Shown here one piece after another: positions 58,531-64,000 of a stretch of DNA of 64,000 nt. Position numbers and translations under genes: made by a program. Each line of letters opens with the position of its first letter. Position 1 is the first letter of the stretch. A model generated the notes under the pieces. That model searched no databases, was not told the origin of the DNA, and saw only the letters and a program-made list of their open reading frames with translations. The stretch is from Paramoeba atlantica. Taxonomy: Eukaryota > Protista > Discosea. Where the stretch lies: NCBI GenBank assembly GCA_977017575.1, contig CDRNVI010000025.1, forward strand, positions 124,001 through 188,000, written 5' to 3'.

Positions 58531-59743
58531 GAATTGCCCTCCGGGTGAGCCCCTGCACAACATAAAGAAACTATAAAATATATTGTACGAAAAGGTGAAC
58601 TTCAGTCTACATAATGTATATTGATAATTTGTTTTAACGGTATCCTATGTACATCTCTGCACTCTTTTATTTTACAATTGAATTTGAAACTATCCGTAGA
58701 AACCAATTTGAACAAACTAATAATACTATAACATTCACTCACCGAGAGATGCATTGTCTCTCCCTGTCGCGAACGGGTGTCCACGCGGGGAGTGGTTTGG
58801 GGGTTGGTGGGCGGGACAAAATTTTCGTACGGATATAATCTTCTATCCTTTACCAAAGTATAAATAATTGATGTACGATTAAACTCTGACAATTTAACTA
58901 AGTAAAAATCATAATATGAGAATATCATGTGCCCCGTGGGGCCACCCCCCCCCCCACCCTACAGGAAACTCGATATCCTTCGAACAATTCTATTCGTAGA
59001 CTTCTAGAATTGCCCTCCGGGTGAGCCCCTGCACAACATAAAGAAACTATAAAATATATTGTACGAAAAGGTGAACTTCAGTCTACATAATGTATATTGA
59101 TAATTTGTTTTAACGGTATCCTATGTACATCTCTGCACTCTTTTATTTTACAATTGAATTTGAAACTATCCGTAGAAACCAATTTGAACAAACTAATAAT
59201 ACTATAACATTCACTCACCGAGAGATGCATTGTCTCTCCCTGTCGCGAACGGGTGTCCACGCGGGGAGTGGTTTGGGGGTTGGTGGGCGGGACAAAATTT
59301 TCGTACGGATATAATCTTCTATCCTTTACCAAAGTATAAATAATTGATGTACGATTAAACTCTGACAATTTAACTAAGTAAAAATCATAATATGAGAATA
59401 TCATGTGCCCCGTGGGGCCACCCCCCCCCCCCACCCTACAGGAAACTCGATATCCTTCGAACAATTCTATTCGTAGACTTCTAGAATTGCCCTCCGGGTG
59501 AGCCCCTGCACAACATAAAGAAACTATAAAATATATTGTACGAAAAGGTGAACTTCAGTCTACATAATGTATATTGATAATTTGTTTTAACGGTATCCTA
59601 TGTACATCTCTGCACTCTTTTATTTTACAATTGAATTTGAAACTATCCGTAGAAACCAATTTGAACAAACTAATAATACTATAACATTCACTCACCGAGA
59701 GATGCATTGTCTCTCCCTGTCGCGAACGGGTGTCCACGCGGGG
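58531..59743. repeat. ~476-bp tandem repeat (~2.5 units); 3' terminal repeats of the adjacent YR element
   Basis: GAATTGCCCTCCGGGTGAGCCCC recurs at ~58531, ~59007 and ~59484; the array abuts the RT-RNaseH stop at 59756. Confidence 0.92.
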
Positions 59744-61898
59744 ACCACCCTTTCGCTAGTCACAAATTTTCCCTTTCGCACTGCTCTGGATCTGTTGTCG
59801 ACTGATTGGATCTGCGGGATTCAATTTTGATGAAATATATTCCGGCTGTACGGTAATTCCCTGCTTTCTTAAGAATTGCAGCAATGGCTTCAGTTCAAAA
59901 TGAATTCCGTCTGAGTTTGTTGATTTCTTTTTAATTGATGCTAAACACGATGTGTTATCGATGAAAAGGTCCATACAAGTTCCTCGGTGGAAGTGATGTA
60001 CCAAACGCTCGAAAGCGAGACGAACGGCCCTCGTCTCTGCTTTGTTCACTTCGTACGCGAAGTTCTCCTCCCAGCGATCCCCCACACAAACTACTTGCCC
60101 GTAGTCGAGGTACAATATTGCTCCCCATCCCGTCGACGAAGCATCCGTGTATAAGGTGTGGCGGTGTGGAACTGTATCCGGATGAGGAGGGGGTGTTACT
60201 GGATTATTTAAGCATATCTTATTCTTCCATTCCGTCAATGCCAAAGTTACATACGGAGGGAGCGGTACCCGTACGTTGTGTAGTTCAGGTTTGTTGTTGA
60301 GCGCATTGATACGTCTGCGAACCAATTTTAGGGGAAAATGGTAGTTTGTTATCGGTTCACCCAGAACTGAGGATGCGTGCACGAGTCGTCCCACTGCTGA
60401 TTCAAGTTGCTCAAAAGTAGCATAACGAAATCTATCCTCTTTCATTCGCTGAATTATCTTTGGTCCCATTTTTACCTTACCCTCTTCGTGACAAAACTCC
60501 ACTCCATTGAAAACATAGTTCGTCATAGGATCCGTGCCCTCGTCCTTGAAAGTTGCATTAACGCTGCCAGCTCGAGAGTCAATGAATTGTTTATACGCGC
60601 TCGCCTCTTCTTCCCCTCCCGCGTACCTTACTCCATCAACATAGACGTCAGCTTTAAAGGCTCCATCATACGCGGAACTCTCGCTGCAATAATGCGGATC
60701 CCCGGCCAATGTTGATGTAATTGTGTGCATGATTTCCGGGGCACACCTATGCCCCATCGGCATAACTTTTAGTTCATATAGGTCTCCATTGCTTCCTCGA
60801 AATCTAAACTTTGCCCGTGCCTGCTCCGGCACACTCACCTGATAAAAACCACATGATAAGTCGCGCTTCATCCCGTACGGCTCTTTCGCTCGATGCAAAT
60901 AGAAAGCAGCGTGCTTTAAGGGAACGTAAGGTATGTAATCTTCTTTGAGTCTCTTGTTGTCCTCTCGAGTCCACGCTATAAATCTGCGGCGCTTTTCAAC
61001 TCCAGTTTCATCCGCGGGTTCAATAACCGTAAAGGGTATCACCCACTGATTGGTGGGGCGTTTGTTTTCTTCGTCCGGTGATACTTTACTAATAATATTT
61101 GCATCTTCCAACTCTTTGATATCTTTTTCCGGTAAAGTAGGTGCAAATTTTGGCGATTCATCTTCATTTTTTTCCAACTTAAAGAGGGTGTTTAGCGTCT
61201 CACAAAATCGGGCAGATGCTGCCCCGTTCATCATATTCCGAACTTCGTTCATATTCAACACTTTCACTTTCTTCACATGTAATGGTAGTTTGAGATCATC
61301 ATGCATAGCGAGCTTTGTGGTGCGTCGGGTACGCACAATGGTGTAGCGGCTCTTCTCTTGCGGCATATCGCGCAAGTACTGGCGAAATAAATTTTCGGAG
61401 CTCACAACGTTTTCAGATGCATTGTCGCTTTCCCAGTTCCAAGAGCGAGCGCGGTAGTGACGGGATCTGAATTGTACCGGAGGAGGGGTTCTATCTGTTG
61501 GTGTTTTGCCAGATTCTTCAGTTCGTCGATTGTGACCTTCCCATTTGCGACCTGTTTGAACAGCTCCGTGACCGCCCCTCTCTTGGCTGAATGTGTTCCA
61601 AAAGTTTGACCGAGCGTTTGCTTGATATTTCGATCCATCTGTCGTACGTTCGTTCGGCACATTGTGTTCCACGACTTGAGCGTATGAACGTATTGGGCAA
61701 GCTCCGGAGTGCCTTCCCCAAGAATTACTGTGTACATTGATGGTCGCCACTGGTTGCAACGCGACGCCTTTGTTCCTCTGCCCCAGGCGATTACTATTCT
61801 TTGCGAGGTCACCTGTACGAATCTTTCTGTCGTTAAATTTGCTGTCTCGGTCCAGCGGGAGGCAGCTTTCCAGCACAGTAGCATTGTCATGCTTTCCG

Positions 61899-62896
61899 TT
61901 AAGACCCTTTCTTTTGTTAAGTTTTTTTTTTTTTTTTTTTTTTGTTCAAATTGCTCTTCAATAGATTCTCGGGCAGCTGCGAAGTAATATTGTTGTTTCA
62001 GAGTGCAAGAAATCGAGGTTCTATAACATGGGACACCCCTGCTTTGGCACACAATTTTTTTTTTTTTTTTTTTATATACTTATATACTTTTTTTTTTTTT
62101 ACTTTCTCAAGTTTACATAAACTTTTAGTACTGATTTTTGTCTATCTCTTCGCAGACTTTATAATTCCAATTTGTATCTTTTCTGTACTTTTGATTTCTT
62201 AAAGAATAGTGCTTTTCTGATAGTCTTGAGGCTCCAAAAAATGTCGGAGCTGTGCGTATACTTCGGATCCGTTCAGCTCTTGGAGTAGCAACTTGAATGC
62301 CTGTTCGGTTTTTTGGGTATCCAACAGGCAGACATCCGTCAGTGATTTAATTAGGCCCCGTGTGCTCTTATGTAAAGACCCGCAGGACAAGACAGGAAGG
62401 CACTCAAAAGCTTCCGCCGGAATCATGCCACTATTGACATATGTTTCATTTTTCCGCTGTATAGCTTCTCGCACGAGTTGGGAACACTTTTTATTCCGAT
62501 GGGAAGGCGCGAGCTCATGCACCACAGTTAGGTCGTAGAACACCACGCCACTGTTCCAGTAGATCGCAAGATCCGGGCCTGAGCGATGAAACTGCCGTCC
62601 TCCGCATGTTTTGTGGTGGAGATGCTGATTGTTGTAGTCGACTGTATTTCCGCATGTTAGACAACTCCACGTGCTAAAAGAACGCGGCTCTCTTTCGCAT
62701 GGAATACCAGCTTTCATGCAAAGATCATATAGAAACTTGGTCAACATGTTGTGCTTCGCTGTGGCGTTGAAACCTGTACATTGCACGCATCCGGGGATGT
62801 GAGTTAGTGCAGTGTTTGCATCCATCAATGTTCGGCATCCAGGGCAAGTCATAGCATCAGGAAGTCTCGGGTGATGTACTCCAAGACGGGGCATGA
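61899..62896 (-). mobile_element. 5'-truncated CRE-like element (Zn knuckle + REL) inserted in the YR gene
   Basis: ORF 62199-62894 (CPGC..H..GC, GPDL, YDLTV). Duplication CTTTCCG at 61892-61898 and 62897-62903. Tail is poly(A) plus the 18-bp unit. Confidence 0.88.
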
Positions 62897-64000
62897 CTTT
62901 CCGATTGAGTCAGATTCTTTCGTAGCTTGTTCAAGAGGTATGGTGTTAGTGGTTCCATTTGGTGTTTCGGCTCCTCCGCACCCTCGGCTTGTAGCGCTTT
63001 GCAGAAAAACTTTATTGGTACAGTGCTCTCTCCGATTAGGTTGAACAGTGCCATTATTGCTCGAGCGTACGTTATTTTCGTTTGCGGAGATATCGGGAGA
63101 AGCTGAATGAAAGCGACTGCATGTATTGGACTTAGATGTATCTTTTTCCACGTGCAAAAGGTCCTGAACCTTTCCCAAAGCCTTGCCCTTGAATCCCACG
63201 TTGATGTGCTCCACATTGAGGCCATCCCATCCAAGGCCACTCTGACTTCGTGAGTGATCGTACTCACCCCCATCAACAGGCTTATCAGGTTTCTCCTGCC
63301 TGATTGCGCCGACTCCAAACTTAACGTTCCCTGATATAATTTTCCAGATGAAATTAATCTCCCGTCGTAGCTCCGCGCATTGACTACATTCTGTGCTGTC
63401 GTCTTTCTTCGTTTGCTGTGCGGAGCCTCGATCTGCGATGAAATTCTTTTGTATACTATGGACTTCTGTGGTACCATTTGATGCGAAATTTTCGTTCCTA
63501 CGTCGATTCTCCGGTATTCTATATTCGGAACACTGGCGATTAAAGGACGGGCGTTTCATAACGTCTTGGCGCTGTGCGCGCTGCCAGCCGCCCTCTGGCG
63601 AAAATCCGGTGGTGATGATCTTTTGTACGGACAATCCTTCAAGAAATGATCAGGAGATCGGCAATTGTAACACACTGGGCGCCCTACATTGGAAGAAGCA
63701 TAACTCGGATACATTTGTCTCGGCTGACCAAAAGAACGATAACTTCGATTCACATAATTTGATCCGGAGTAGCGCGCACGATATTTCTCTCGATCGGATA
63801 ACTGATCCGACACGTGCTGATAAAATTTGTCGTGTGATCTGTCCTCTTTATCCAACTTCTGGTGGACTGCCTCTACATCTACCTTGCACGCTCGCCAATA
63901 TGAGTCTCGAAGACTCTGAACGATTGCTTTACCCAACTCCAAGAAAGGACCTTCAGACCATCCTGGGGTATCCCGCGCCAACATAATCCATTTCCCTAGC

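Larger units (their letters stand above)
58531..64000 (-). mobile_element. YR retrotransposon (gag with CCHC knuckle, YR, RT-RNaseH), interrupted by a CRE fragment; 5' end outside the window
   Basis: gag 63556-63984 (CYNCRSPDHFLKDC). YR halves 62897-63477 and 61402-61898 (KAASRW, GTHSAKRG, KH..LLRY). RT-RNaseH 59756-61876 (RRRFIAW, KRDLSCGFYQ, MPMGHRCAP, YVDG, YTDAS..GWG, NPADPISR). Confidence 0.92.

Noticed and set aside
58602-59830. Repeated short ORFs (108, 128 and 63 aa)
   Set aside because: Translations of the 476-bp terminal repeat; no protein motifs.

Overview
Eukaryotic nuclear DNA made almost entirely of nested transposable elements. The host is most likely a kinetoplastid-type euglenozoan, because five dispersed copies of a trypanosomatid-like spliced-leader (SL) exon core (...AACGATAAAGATACAGTTTCTGTACCTTGTTG) are present. 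Only one convincing host-type gene was found, an LRR protein at 2273-3208. Mobile content: (i) a truncated IS30-family element with a bacterial-style 26-bp end; (ii) several Tc1/IS630-type TIR elements with TA duplications, one enclosing a Merlin/IS1595-type transposase; (iii) about 7 divergent tyrosine-recombinase retroelements (gag / YR / RT-RNaseH, VIPER/TATE/Ngaro-like), two ending in B-A-B-A-B split direct repeats; (iv) several CRE/SLACS-clade RT + restriction-like-endonuclease retrotransposons; (v) one intact APE-RT-RNaseH LINE whose 13-bp target duplication encloses a 1.45-kb 18-bp minisatellite at its 5' end; (vi) SINE-like retroposons with 12-13-bp TSDs and simple-repeat tails. The strongest lead is a set of SL-headed retroelements (autonomous CRE-like, a non-autonomous retroposon, and a conserved structured RNA) at dispersed sites outside any SL array, suggesting retrotransposition through trans-spliced RNA and/or SL-targeted stacking. 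All alignments, counts and folds were done by eye; family names come from recalled motif knowledge, not database searches.
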